DNA from: Balanoglossus misakiensis
Lineage: Eukaryota > Animalia > Hemichordata
NCBI GenBank assembly: GCA_040954595.2
Contig: CM082594.2
Location: 2,126,247 to 2,190,246 of the forward strand
Direction: 5' to 3'
DNA length: 64,000 bases
The stretch's first letter is position 1, and each line of letters opens with the position of its first letter. Both the position numbers and the translations under genes were made by a program. Below the pieces are notes generated by a model. The model made no database searches, was not told the origin of the DNA, and saw only the letters and a program-made list of their open reading frames with translations. Below, one piece after another: positions 24,170-37,213 of the stretch.

Positions 24170-24275
24170 ACTTACCCCTTCTTACTGCGTAGTGATTAGC
24201 TTTGAAAGTGTGAAGCGAACGCTTACATGCATCTCTAGGATGAATTCTTTTGTGTTTGCACGAATTTTATAAATG
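24170..24275 (-). promoter_or_regulatory. Candidate TATA box and non-coding first exon of the secreted-protein gene
   Basis: Minus-strand TATAAAA near 24265-24271, donor GG|GTAAGT near 24175, acceptor TTCTACAG| just upstream of the ATG. All three are retained in copy 2 (~63445, ~63362, ~62933). Confidence 0.45.
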
Positions 24276-24582
24276 CCTTGCAAATTATTGGAGTATACTG
24301 TCACCATATGTGTGTTATTCAAAAATATCGGGAAGTTTTTTTCTAAATAGCTTATATTAAAACATGACAAAGTGTAAAAAATAGAAGTTATACAGAAGAA
24401 TGCTGGTCGACTTTTTTCAGTTTAATATGTGCCACGCATACACCTGGGTGTCCCCCTTGATGAGAAAATGTACTCCCATACATAGCTGCTCTCAGACATA
24501 TATCCCTCACACTAACTTACAGCCCTACATCACAGGATGGACATCTGACAGACTGTGCCTATAATCTGTGCATCATACACAC

Positions 24583-27500
24583 CTTATATTTCCTTCATAG
24601 TGACATCTTATAACAACGGTCGGAGTGTCGTCCTCCCACTCATCCTGAAACACGAGAATGACAAGAATGTTTATCCTTCCATCTAACATCACTTATACTC
24701 CACATCGTGGCCATAATCTGAGTGACTTCCATTATGATAACACACAGATTTGAAATAATATCAATATTTGCTATTGTTCCCCAACATGAATTTAATGCTA
24801 CAGATCTCTCTTCACTTGCTCAAAACCGTACATTGTACTTCCGGTCAGCAGATTCGCAATGGGTGTATTACATGGAAATAAACCTGTATTATTGCAAATT
24901 TGGATACTTCGAATTTATGTGACATACCTCCCAGCCAGTATCCCCAACATCTTCTTCTATCTTAACATATGGTTCAGGAATCAGTCCCAATTTACCATTT
25001 ATTTTACACTGCACACAAACAAATGCGAATAAATTCTATGAAAGTCTGTTCTCTTGTGCAAGTATACCCGGCATTCTAGGGGAGTATGAAAATGACTACG
25101 TTTGCCACTGACTCGGCACTGTTTGGGTTAAAGCGCCTAGCTCGTCTCACACGCATGTTCCAGCTGTAGCCGCTGGTTACAGACGTTTAGTGAGCAGTCA
25201 ATCCCATAAGGCAGTGCTCTGTCCTAACAACAGACAAGATGGCGGCGACCATAATCTGTGTCGGAGATCGTGAACAGACACCAGCTTGGGTGAAAAGGAG
25301 GGACAAAACCAGAATCTACTTATACGGTGCGCATGAAATATGGAAGGAAGCGAAGGCAGTCCACTATTTGAATGCATCGAACGGAAAATTTGCTTGACAT
25401 TTGCTGGCTAAATTACGCGCATGTGTGTGAGACGAGCTAGTCGCTTTAAATGAGAATTGAAAGTCTCCAGAGGGTTTGAACATTTATCAAAAATTACAGA
25501 AACTGAAAATCCACCAGAAACAAATGTATGGTACGATTTTGCATTTGCATCAGTGCAATTTCTGGAACCATATTAAAATTTCATCTTCAAAGTCTCTATT
25601 TCATTTTATACTCCATTCTCCAGGAAATAACACAATAAAATGATATTCTTACTTCAATCCAACTTCTGGTTATTGGTATGACATCACCTTTCTTGAAACT
25701 CAATTCTCCGCTAGTCGTTGCAACAAAGTCATACTGGGCCTGTGGTGTTTAAACAACACACAGCAGTGTTGGTACCAAAATGAAACATTTGCATGAAATA
25801 TCAAAACATTTAAAGGGCGATGGTGTTCATTTTATGCGCATATCAGATGTGTCAAACCAGAGGTCTCTGGTTACAATATTTGTACATGGTCAATGCCATA
25901 AGGCAGTAACAACAGACAAGATGGCGGCGACCATAGTCTGTTTTGGAGAGTGGGAAAAGACAGCAAATTTTGCATACAGAACAAATTTAACAGCTTTACC
26001 CACGCGTGTGCATTACAGAATAACGTCCTGGTTGACCATACATGCATTTGGGAAAAGGCCAGTGTGTCCTCTAAGCCCGTAAGACGCGCCACTCAGACTC
26101 AATAAACTCACTGGTGACCCAAGAAAATTATCCACACTACATGCAAAGGCACATAGGGCTGACTCAGACAAAATACACAGATAAGGTACCTGTAGATCAA
26201 GTTGACCTTGAATCTGAAAATCCTGCTTTCTTGATTTGCAGTCTTGTCACAGTCCCCCCATCCCCCTATATACATGGTACACCCTCTCCTGTCTGTCGTA
26301 ATCCACCCCTCTCTTCCCCTGTATTGTCTCTGACTCCATGTTCCTGTTTATAAAAAGTCTATCAGTCCAGTATTCAATACAAATTCAAGATGCTTACCAG
26401 AGCCCTGGGTCCAGTGATTGCAGCTACAGTGACTGGTTTATTTTCTTTGACACTTGTTGTTGGCGGTGGTTCTGGTTTGACACCAAGTCTGCAATATGGA
26501 CAGAGGGAGAGGTGAAGTCATGCAGGCTCTTATTTCAAATCTGTTTCAATGACTCCCAGCATAGTAGTGAGACGACCTCACTTTGAATCACTTTCAACAA
26601 CACAAACGCAGTCCCCTTTTGCAGATTTTTTTTTTAGGGGAGGGGGGCGATTTTTTACTCTGGCAAGGGGGAAATGAAACATCTCCAACATATTAGTGAC
26701 ATCATTTTATATAATAAGGGGCACTGGCCCCCATTTTGCTAGTTGGTGCCCACATATCAACATGGGCATGAATACCCCCACCGCTAGGCCCCGCCCAGAT
26801 GAAACACTGTAATTTTTCAATTTGAGATAAGTGATGTCAATGCAAATAAAACTGTTCTATTTAACAACTGCATTGAGGCGATTTTTAAGACCAACATATT
26901 ATCCATACCCTATCTGACAAATGTGGGCACTCTTTGGCCAACAACATGAGACTATGGTTACAAAAATTGTACAAAGTCAATGCCATAAGGCATGTGATAT
27001 GCTAACAACAGACAAGATGCCAGGACCATAATTTGTGTAGGAGATTGGAAAAAGACAGCAAATTGGGTGAAAAAGTTTCCTTAAACTGAGTACTGTGTGC
27101 ATGAAATATGGAAGGAAGCAAAGGCAGTCCACTATTTGAATGCATCGAACGCAAAATTTGCAGAACATTTGGATTGGACGTAATGTTTGTACACATGAAA
27201 TTACACACATGTGTATAACACAATCGCCATTAAGTACAGAAAGTCTTACATTTACACTTCAAATGTAGAAATATTCATGTACACTGATACCGCAAATGAA
27301 ATCAAGCTGTACTCACGGAGATTTGCTTTTGCTGTCTTGCTGTTGTTGGTGTGCCAACCATCTTGCCTTCTCTGATGGTGTCACATGCTGTATTTTACCG
27401 TTGGAGCTTTAATAACTGGTGTGTCAATATCTCCTGGCGTCTGACATAGGAAATCCATCACTATATCATGCTGGGAAATCCTTGTGTCGAGAGCTACCAG

Positions 27501-28459
27501 TTTCTGAAGGGAGAAGAAATTGAGAAGTTGAATTGCAATGATCTGTATCCAGTGCTGCCATGCTGCTACTGACTTAAAGGGACAAAAGTCTCTCTCTCGC
27601 TGCCCTTTTTCCATTATTTATGTTTCACACAAGACACCGTTTATGTCATTCTACACGTGGATATACATGTATAGTGAATCAACGTTCGACCACACACAAC
27701 TTCCATCCCACTTGCAGACACGAGAGTGAAAAACTCACCAAAATGAATAACCGGTGTTTACCATTTATTCATTTTGGCAAGTTTTCACTCTCATATCCTC
27801 CAATCAGTACAACTTTCATTATAGCCCCAATAGCTGTCACTGGTAGCATATTTTGTAATTAATGAAACACTAATGAATCTTCTCCTTAATATCCTTAGTT
27901 GACAAACGACACTGTTTTGAATTTGTGAAGATTCTAACATCATGTGTACAAACAATGATAGCTGCACATAGTATGTACCCGGGACATGTACAGAGTTTAC
28001 TATATTCGGCTCAATCACGTATTGAGCACTCTACTCCAAGTGATCTACAACTTCACAAAATAATACAATGACAGTTGTATAATACTCTTGTAATGGGCAA
28101 CTTAATACATGGGTGTGGCACTCATTTATTACTGAACTTGATCATATTTAAATATGCAGCCACAATCAGAGGTTGATTACATGTTGGTGTATACCCATCA
28201 GTAAGTCCATTTAAATAGACCACTCTAAGTTTGAAAAAAAAATGCCAAAAATGGCAGCTATTGGGTCTTCAACAATGCTTGAATTCTTTTCACGAAAGCA
28301 ATTTTTACCTGGTAATGTTGGTAATTTCCTTGGTCCTGCATGACCGGCTTCATAGGGGAATCTGTCATCTAATCGTTCTTGTAGAGTGTTAAAATAACTA
28401 TATCGTCTCACAATCAGGTATGACTTCCCACTTTCTAGAGTCACTTCAATGAAATATAC
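24583..28459 (-). pseudogene. NCF4: NCF4/p40phox-like gene, incomplete (exons 28309-28459, 27317-27503, 26398-26488, 25653-25739, 24928-25008, 24583-24644)
   Basis: PX (VYFIEVTLESGKSYLIVRRY…LPTLPG; KLVALDTRISQHDIVMDFL), linker ending GPRAL, SH3 (AQYDF…ELSFKKGD…WIE|CKINGKLGLIPEPYV) and PB1 start (VVIRCHYEGNIR). The middle PX exon and the rest of PB1 were not found; 1-nt frameshift near 27394. Possible first exon MTALLAAS near 29792-29817. Confidence 0.8.
25132..25445. mobile_element. Kolobok-type MITE in an NCF4-like intron
   Basis: TIR AGCG(C/A)CTAGCTCGTCTCACAC with TTAA on both sides. Its core also occurs near 25895-25990 and 26983-27160. Confidence 0.8.
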
Positions 28460-28529
28460 CTGATGTTCAGAAAGTCATGGTACAACACAAATCAATACAT
28501 CAGAATTGGGAGTAGTACTTAGACAAAAA

Positions 28530-28720
28530 TACTGTGAAACATGTTATTTTCGCGAGCAATAATTTTTTTGCAAAATACGCGAGAGCCAAAATAACGTGAA
28601 CTGTTTTTTTCAGTGATAATGATGCAGTAAATGAAATAAGAGAACGCGAAAATTAATACTCGCAAAACAGTTGCCTCTTTTGATATCGCGAAAATTTCCT
28701 GACGCGAAAATAACATGTTT
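28530..28720. mobile_element. Small MITE, probably Tc1/mariner type
   Basis: Inverted repeat AAACATGTTATTTTCGCG…CGCGAAAATAACATGTTT, starting after TACTGT. Confidence 0.6.
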
Positions 28721-30706
28721 TGCTTCAAACAGTTTGTAACACAGTTTCAACTTTTCACACTCTAAGGATCAGTCAGTATGTCAGCCGACTTACTCAAGAT
28801 GGTGCAGGCATGTAATTCGCTCCATATAGCACTCGCCTGACGGCTCGTGCTACATGTCTCGAATTGTACCCAAATCTTGTGTATACCCGCCTGTGGCAGG
28901 GGTAATCGTTTAATCATAGGCTCATAGCACTGGTAATCATTTGGAAATTTTGCCGACATTTAATGATTTTCAGAAAAAAAATATCTTTTCCAGGATTTTC
29001 AAAAGACAATAAAATGAAATTCAATACTTTCAATTTCAAAGATACAGCAATAAAGAATACTGTGTTACGACACACCCTGTTTAGTCGCTTAGTCAAGAGA
29101 GGAGTAGTTTTTCTTTGCATAACAAAGGGCCCTGCCTTTTCAACTAGTTCATTTAAATATTAGTAATAACCAGATGGTCACCCATATAAAAGGCCTTCTC
29201 ACAAAAACCACGAGGCACACTTCTCAACACTGACTCGGAGGAGCATGTCACTCCAGCTCCACATCGCCTTGGGAATTAGGAATTTACCTAGCTGGGCTGG
29301 ACTCTGTGAGCAACGGGCTTTGTGTGAGCAACTGGCTTCAATGAATGTCGGACTTTGTCAGCAATGGACTTGTGTGCCTTGGTGAGGCTTGAGTTCGGCC
29401 AGGACTTTTGTGGACTCGGTAACTCTTCGACCAAGCAGGGTAAGACACATAGAACATTTTTTTTCTGTGCGACCTTTTGATTTTAGAATGTTAATTTTTC
29501 AATTAAACATTGTGTTGTTGAACTACAAACTCATTGTACTACAAACTCTATTGTGTGCTCCCGGTTTCGTTGCTTAATCGTGATGGTGGCGACTAGGGGT
29601 CAATATGAAGCAAATGACCCATCCCTTCTGACTTAGTTCCTTGGCAAACCTCATTTGACCCTTATCGCCCGAGGTGGGCACCCTCGCCGAGGGGAGACAG
29701 CTAACCAAGGCAAAATCTCGAGCGACTGAAATGAGCTTAGCAAAGGGGAATCTTACACAACGTCATACTCAAAACATATGTGACATACTTACGCACTAGC
29801 GGCGAGTAAGGCAGTCATTGTATCCAACAGAATCTAGCCAGTTCGCTAAGACCAGAACTGTCTCTCTCTTGGTAAAGATTTGACTCCATCGCTACCAGCC
29901 TCTCAGCTCCAGAGGGCGCCGTCAATGACCTTTGACATTTCAAAGACGTAGTGCATGTATTTAAAATATCAGCCCGAACGAAGGCCCGAACGCAGGTCAG
30001 CCATTTGACCGTTAATTGCCAGGTTTTATAGTTCTGGTGACGCCCTCAACGTTCTGTCGTACACACAGCCAGAAGTGGCATGCGAAAGTCCCGCGCTTTT
30101 TTTAATGCCAAATTAACAAGCAGGGACGGCAGTTGAATGACTCAAACTGATAAAAAGGCCAAAATTATATCTAAACTACATATCTGTATGTTTTTTTGTT
30201 GGAAAAAAACATGTTTTCTTTGCAAAAATAAGCGAATTACGGAGTGACCCCAGAACAAATAAAATCAAAACACGCCGCACTTCCGGGTTTTTACGAACTG
30301 CCGCACTTTTATATAAAAATGAATTTTTAAATTTAAACATAATTTTCCGTGAATTCGATATATCTTGTAATAAAATTTAAAAAATCATGATGCAACCCCC
30401 AGAGGTCTTCGCTCAAGCGCTCCTTAAATTCAGCCCGTATTGTGATGCAACGCCTCAGAGTAGCTCATAGCTTTGCATGTACTCGGTCGATTTGTATCGC
30501 CGAACTGTTGCTCTGCAGAGTCTGTAATCATCAAATTTTCATATTGTCGAAATTGGCTAGCATGTGACTGGCATGATCGCTGTATTTCAGCGTATAAATC
30601 TTGTACTGTCTCCCCTTGCTCTCTCCCCGTGCTGAACAGTTTGTAGAGAGTGGAAGGCCAAAGTCACAGGGTGCCTAGTTGAGGATTTTACACGTAGTAG
30701 GCCTAA

Positions 30707-33700
30707 AGGCCGAGTTACACGAGGCAACTCGGCAGGCAACTCGGTAGGCAACTCGACGCGCAACCCGAGTCGCGTCGCTACATCGAACAGTTACACGGGG
30801 CGACTCGACTCAACGAATTGAGCGTAAACAGGGGCTGCGCATGTGCAGCCGCCTCAGAAGCCGATCAACAATTCGATCTTTATCCGATCAATGCATAAAT
30901 ATTTGGTGATTATATTATACTTGTCAATTAGCTGATCAACCTGGTCATCTGACCAAGTATTTTTTCCTGGAAAAAAACAGTTTGCGAATTTCAATTGCAC
31001 ACAATACGTATACTTTCTCCACTATGTATTGCTATTGACATAATAAACTAACTAGTTTTGCACTTCAACAGTATCCTCATCAATAAAAACACGTTATTTT
31101 TTCTCAGTTAGCAGGTGATTTGCAAGTCTATATCAGTAAAGAAAAAATACTAGTTTGGGTGTTTAGTTTAATTGATGAATACGGAATTTTTAATCGTGAT
31201 ACCAAATTGGACAACATTTAAACGTTACTAAATATTTTTTAATAACAAAAGAGTAACTTAAGTTTAATTACAAAAACATTGACTTAGTTTATTTAAAATG
31301 TACTTGAAACCAGGTACTAGTATATTTTAAATCCGGCGAGTTTAAAAGTACTTGAGCTGCAACTGGATAACAAATTCAAGTTTTAATAATCTCATAAAAT
31401 GCTTTTAATTATGTCTATGATATTTCATGATAATATATCAAGCTCAACACTTATTTATGACAAAATGGCCAAAAATTAAAGAAGAACGAAAATTCCTGCA
31501 ATTTTAAAAAAAAGTGCAATATTGCAACGAAAAATGAAAATCTGATGTCTCAGTGGTATCGTGGCCCCTACACGAAAATTTCAATTTATTATTTTGAAAG
31601 TTAAACTTTAATTTTAGATAGACAATATCTTTTCCCAAAAAGTAAACTTTAATTTTGGTGGCGGCAACTAATTTTGATGGATAAAACTTTTTGATTTTGA
31701 CAGTAAAACTTTAATTTTACTTATCACAAATTTTATTTTAGAGAACCAAATTTATTTTTCGAAAGTAAATTTTATTTTTTCCAAGAATAATATTTTAATA
31801 AAGATTTATTTTGTCCAAAATAAACAGTAACAACTTGAGATAAACTTATTCATACTACGTGGATTTTTTTTTCAAAAAGAAATGTTTTGCTTTTTAAAGA
31901 AAAAGTTTATTTTGTAAAATTGCAAATTATTTTTCCCAGGTGAAAATATTTTACGGAGTTAAATTTTAATTTACATTTAAATAACCTTTAAACACTCGAG
32001 ATAAAAATTATCTGTACTCGATGGAATTATTTTACTTTTTAAAACAAAATGTTTATATTGCTTAAGAAAAAAAAATATTTTCTAAAGTAACAAATCATTT
32101 TTCCCGGGTGAAAATTTTATTTTACAGGGGTAAATTTAATATGATTTCTAGTAACACAACTTATGGGGGCGCTCTTTCTAATGCTACTGACAAACTTTTG
32201 TTATGAGGGCGCAATTCAGGTTTCGGCGTGCGAATTTCTTTTACATGCATGACAAAATATATTTTCAGAAAGCAAAATATTTTTTTCTTCGCGGCGGAAA
32301 TGAAGCTATCCCACAATTCCCGTACATGAGAACGTTACAGGAGTACATAAATCCAACAAACAGATGAGATGGCTATCTATCCACAGTGCAATGTTTACTG
32401 ATTGTATCTACTACGGCCGGGGCAGACAAATCCGGACAATTTCGCCGCCATCGTAGACCTTTGAATGACGCTGTCGATCAAATCGAATACAAGATCTAGG
32501 GGAGTCGGTCCATGGGAGAAATTGGCCAGGTGCGAACTTGGCTCGTAGGATCGTTTAAATTAAAGTCCTTTAAATTATGTTTCGTGTATGCTTCACATTT
32601 TACATGTACAGTAAACCACAGTGCTGCTCTGTCCCTGTCCCTAGGCAGTTTGTGGAATGACCGTGGTACAGTCGCCGCCGTTTAATCAGGACACCATGGG
32701 CGCAGACAAAACAGTCCCATTAACCGGCTGTTCCGTTTAGGGTAAAATGGTCGATCCCACCCACACATGTTCACCTTACACGCTATTGTTTACTTGGACA
32801 TCGACGGCAAACAATTTCCATATGATGGTCGACTTTCGAGCTGATTATCGAACCCACCGCGGCCGACTGGCCACGCTGAGTTATAGATAGCCGCTCTAGA
32901 AAACAAGACCTCAGACATGGTCCCTCGGAACCGTGCCTCGAATTCAACGATCACGTAGATGGACGCGCTGCCGCTTATGAGGTCACCGGGGAGTTTTCCA
33001 AAGTGATCGCGTGGAGCTGCTTCAGTCCGTCCTCGATGTGAAACACCCGAAATTGGAAGGGACAGCCGGTTAATCGAAACATAATTTAAAGAACTTTAAT
33101 TTCAATGATTTACGAGCCGAGTTCGCACCTGGCCGATTTCTCCCACGGACCGACTCCCCTACACCTTGTATTCGATTTGATCGACAACGTCATTTAAAGG
33201 TCTACGATGGCGGCGAGATTGTCCGGATTCGTCTGCCCCGGCCGTAGTAGATACAATCTGTAAACATTGCACTGTGGATAGATAGCCATCTCATCTGTTT
33301 GTTGGATTTATGTACTCCTGTAACGTTCTCATGTACGGGAATTGTGGGATAGCTTCATTTCCGCCGCGAAGAAAAAAATATTTTGCTTTCTGAAAATATA
33401 TTTTGTCATGCATGTAAAAGAAATTCGCACGCCAAAACCTGAATAGCGCCCCCATGAAAAAGTTTGTCAGTAGCAATAGATAGAGCGCCCCCATAAGTTG
33501 TGTAACTAGAAATTAGATAAAAATATATTTACATCTGTAAAATAAAATTTTCACCCGCGAAAAGTAATGTTACTTAAAAAAATTTTTACAAAATTAAATA
33601 TTTCTTTCCGAAAATAAAAAAATTCTATGTAGTATAGATAATATTTTATCCAAAGTGTTAGAAGTTTATTTTGGAAAAAAATCTTAAAATTTTACTCTCG

Positions 33701-35211
33701 GAAAAAATAAAATTGGCTTTCGGAAATTAAACTTTTGTTCTCTAAAATAAGAGTTGTGTAAAGTAATAAAGTTTTACTGTCAATATTAAAAAGTTTACTC
33801 CACTGAAATTGAAATTGTGTGCGTCAAAATTATAGTTGCCTTCACCAAAACTTAAGTTTACTTTTGGGAGAAGATATTGTCTATAATTTTGAAAGTTTAA
33901 CTTTCAAAATAATATTTTAGGCGTGACATGAGGGGGCCACCGACAGTGGTGTACATTTACTTCCATGAGCTCAAGTGGATGAGATCGTGTTTTATTTATG
34001 AAGTTTCATAACTGGAAATGCAACATTTTCATTGTTTCTTGCATTTTCCCACGGTGGCGGCCATAATCACTTGCGGCAAAGCTTTATTATTTATCTGGTT
34101 AAAACTTGCATATGCACTCATATTTAGGGTTTATAATGCTTGTGTATAGTTCACTGCCTTCATCTGCATGGACTAATGGTAGTGCAGTTTGAAACAAAAA
34201 TTATGAAAATTATCCCAAAAGTTACAGCTTACGTGCCTTTAAATCCTTGTAAAACAGGGGAGTAGATTATGGGGAAATTGAAGAAAGTTGCGCAATTTAA
34301 CATTAAGATTACTGAATTATCAAACTGCACATCATACAAATGTGTGAAAAATGCTGAGCCAAAAGTTGTGCCAATCTGTAAAAACGTTATTATAAACAAA
34401 ATCCATGTTTCGAAATGCAACGAAAGTAATAACAAGGCAAGTGGGACATTTCATTGTAGAAGAACGAAGTAGGCCTATATTTTGTAAAGAGGAAATATAT
34501 TGCCTGATAGATTTGTTTGTATGTATGTAAAATAATACAAATAGAACTATATTTGTATTTAAAAGTTGATATGACCGGGCGAAATAGACACGTGTTTTGC
34601 CCAAAAGGATATATGATGTACACTGACTGTGTAAGAACTCTTGAACTGTGGGCGACAATCATAAGCTGGCATTTTCTTATTCTGAAATTTGGTTACGATA
34701 TATCTGGTTACGGTACCCCAAAAATCGGAAACGCAATCAATGTCGAGTCAATCATCATAACCATTTTCACGGAACTGAATAGTATTTTATTTTCATATTA
34801 TCACTGGCAAGATAAACTAGTTGAAAGTTTCTTTAACAAAACTTGAGTTTATATGGAAAAATTAAACTATAAATACATACAAATATCCGATTTCATAGCA
34901 AATACTTATTTCCCAAAATTTTCGGAAGTCTACAGGTCTACAGTATGTAGTTCCTGGTTCGGAAAATAACAAATAAAAACCATTTTCGCATGTGCAGATG
35001 TCAAAAATTTATTCGAGGCAAAGTGGTAACGCGGGGCAACCGTTTGCGCGTCAGGCAGCTCGTCGCCCGAAAATCCGACATGACGGATTTCGAGGCGACG
35101 TCGCCAGACGCGTTCCAGCGACGCGACTACATCATACACACGAGCCAACTCACCGAGCAACTCGGGTTGCGCGTCGAGTTGCCTGCCGAGTTGCCTCGTG
35201 TAACTCGGCCT
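30707..35211. mobile_element. PIF/Harbinger-type non-autonomous element (4.5 kb including nested insertion)
   Basis: TIR AGGCCGAGTTACACGAGGCAACTCGGCAGGCAACTCG…; TAA TSD at 30704-30706 and 35212-35214; no transposase ORF seen. Confidence 0.88.
31558..33943. mobile_element. Foldback-type element with ~0.9-1 kb inverted arms
   Basis: Inner arms 32155-32584 and 33075-33505 are near-identical reverse complements; outer arms are AT-rich and degenerate; CAGTGGT is repeated on both flanks. Confidence 0.85.
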
Positions 35212-35214
35212 TAA

Positions 35215-35389
35215 AGGTATACGGTCACCTATGGAAAATTAGCTCTAGTTACCATGGCAAATTGAGATCTAGCCAATCACATATTTTCAGTGGGTGGCAC
35301 AAGCGAAAAAAAGAGCGTTCTTTAGAACGCTCAAATACGCCATTTCAGCCATATATGTGCGTATGTAAATTGGAGGTGACTGTATACCT
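35215..35389 (+). mobile_element. Kolobok-type MITE, copy 2
   Basis: TTAA|AGGTATACGGTCACC…GGTGACTGTATACCT|TTAA. Confidence 0.88.
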
Positions 35390-35986
35390 TTAAGTCGTAC
35401 AGCTCGTACTGCCTAAATCGTGGACGCGGTCAATTACAAAAGCTTGCTCTCAATAAACATAACTTCAGTCATTTCTTTTCTTTTGACACTGTTCTCAAGT
35501 CTTCAAAATATGAATCACTGTGGCAATCAAGATGAACCGTGGACATACGTGCATGTACACAGTGCCCGTAGCTCTGCGTGGCAGCCGGGGCTTTGTGTGT
35601 ACGTCTGCGGTAATAAAACACGCAGCCCAGCCAAGCAGAGCTAACAGTGCCCGTAGCACCCGGCCGTAGCATCGGTAATAATGCACTGAAAATTGACATT
35701 GCAAATCGTAGGAGTATATCTGTAGGAACAGAGTCATACTCAGTTTTACAGTAATTTTTTTATTATAATTTTTTTAATTTAATTTTTTATTATATCCAAG
35801 AAAGTGTGGCTCGTTTCACGGTCACTAGACAAAACAAATCGCGCAGTTCACTTCACATCGTGTACACTGGCTGCGCCTGCACGAAACGCGGAAGTCGAGC
35901 CGTGTCACGGAAAGTGCAAGTTTCACAAGAAAGCGCCGCACTTTTTTATAAAACGTCCGAAACACTTCAAATTTCACACAGCCTTA

Positions 35987-36786
35987 GGCTGCATTCACAA
36001 ACACCTCTGGAGGGGGGGGGGGGGCAGGAGAATTGAGGGGGGGGATTTGAAAAAAATGAGGGTATGTAAGGGGGGATTTGAAATAATTTAGGGACTGAAA
36101 GGGGGGGACTTGAAAACTTTGACGACTAAATATTTATTTTGAGTCCACAAAAATGCAGTTTCGCGCCCTTTATTTTACAACATTTTCTAATGTGGGAGGG
36201 GGGCACCCCCTCCCACACCTACCCCCTCCATTTATCAACACCTTTCAAACATTGACTGGTTTATCTAGTGTCCCAGGTCAGGGGACTTGCCCCCACCCCA
36301 TGGTAACTTTGAGCGGCGGCGGTTAAATTTGTCCTCCCCAACATACCGGTAGTTGAGTTAATTTGCTTTTGCCAGGTTCATTAAAATGCGGCTTTGAGCT
36401 CTGTATTTTATAAAATTTTCTTACGTGGGAGGGGGACACCCCCTCCCAAACCCACCCCCTTCAATTCTTGGTTTACAATGTCTCCCAACACAGAATACAG
36501 ATACTTCAAAAATAAAAACAATGTTCAGTTTTAATACCCACTGATGAGGGGAAACATCAGTTTCAAATTCTTTTCATGGGAGCGCTGTTTTTCTTTTTTA
36601 CAAGATAGATAGGTGATGTGTTTTGCTGTGTGAAAGAAAATGGGGGGGGATTTGAAAATTTTAGCAGTTCGGAAGGGGGGGATTTGAAAATATTTCGGGT
36701 TGTTGAGGGGGGCATGTGAAAATTAACGGTAAAAAAATTGAATTCTCCCGGCCCCCCCCCCTCCAGAGGTGTTTGTGAATGCAGCC
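35987..36786 (+). mobile_element. PIF/Harbinger-type MITE, copy 2
   Basis: GGCTGCATTCACAAACACCTCTGGAGGG TIRs and TTA TSD. Confidence 0.92.
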
Positions 36787-37213
36787 TTAGACTGATAAAT
36801 AACCTAACTTGCAGTGTGAAGATTATCGTGCAACCTCCAATATTTCTTGAGATACGGGTCGGTAAACTTGAAAAACATCACAATACCTCCGTTTTTCATT
36901 CACGGTCGATCGTGGGAAAAAAACGTCTAAAACCCAATCCCACCATGCTTAAGGCGCGATAATCTGCCAACATATCCGTACGATTCTAGTTTTATCGATA
37001 CCGTTGTCATTTCAAGGTAAAGACTCTCCAATCGGACAAAATCGCCCGTGTTTTCTGAAGGTTAGCGCAACAACATAAATAAGTCCCCATTTTGAAAATA
37101 GTCACGTGACTTTTGCCAATAAACGCCCTCATCGTTGGGTGGTTGCGTCCGGGCTGTTGATAGGGACATTTGCATTATATCCCCCCCCCCCTCAAAAAAG
37201 ACGTACTATGATC

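Larger units (their letters stand above)
20165..24440 (+). repeat. Segmental duplication, copy 1 (partner 58698-63600)
   Basis: Colinear exons, introns and a shared MITE, with copy-specific indels. Confidence 0.93.

Noticed and set aside
28797-28890. Second exon of the NCF4-like gene
   Set aside because: It has AG/GT-like ends, but no frame resembles p40phox.
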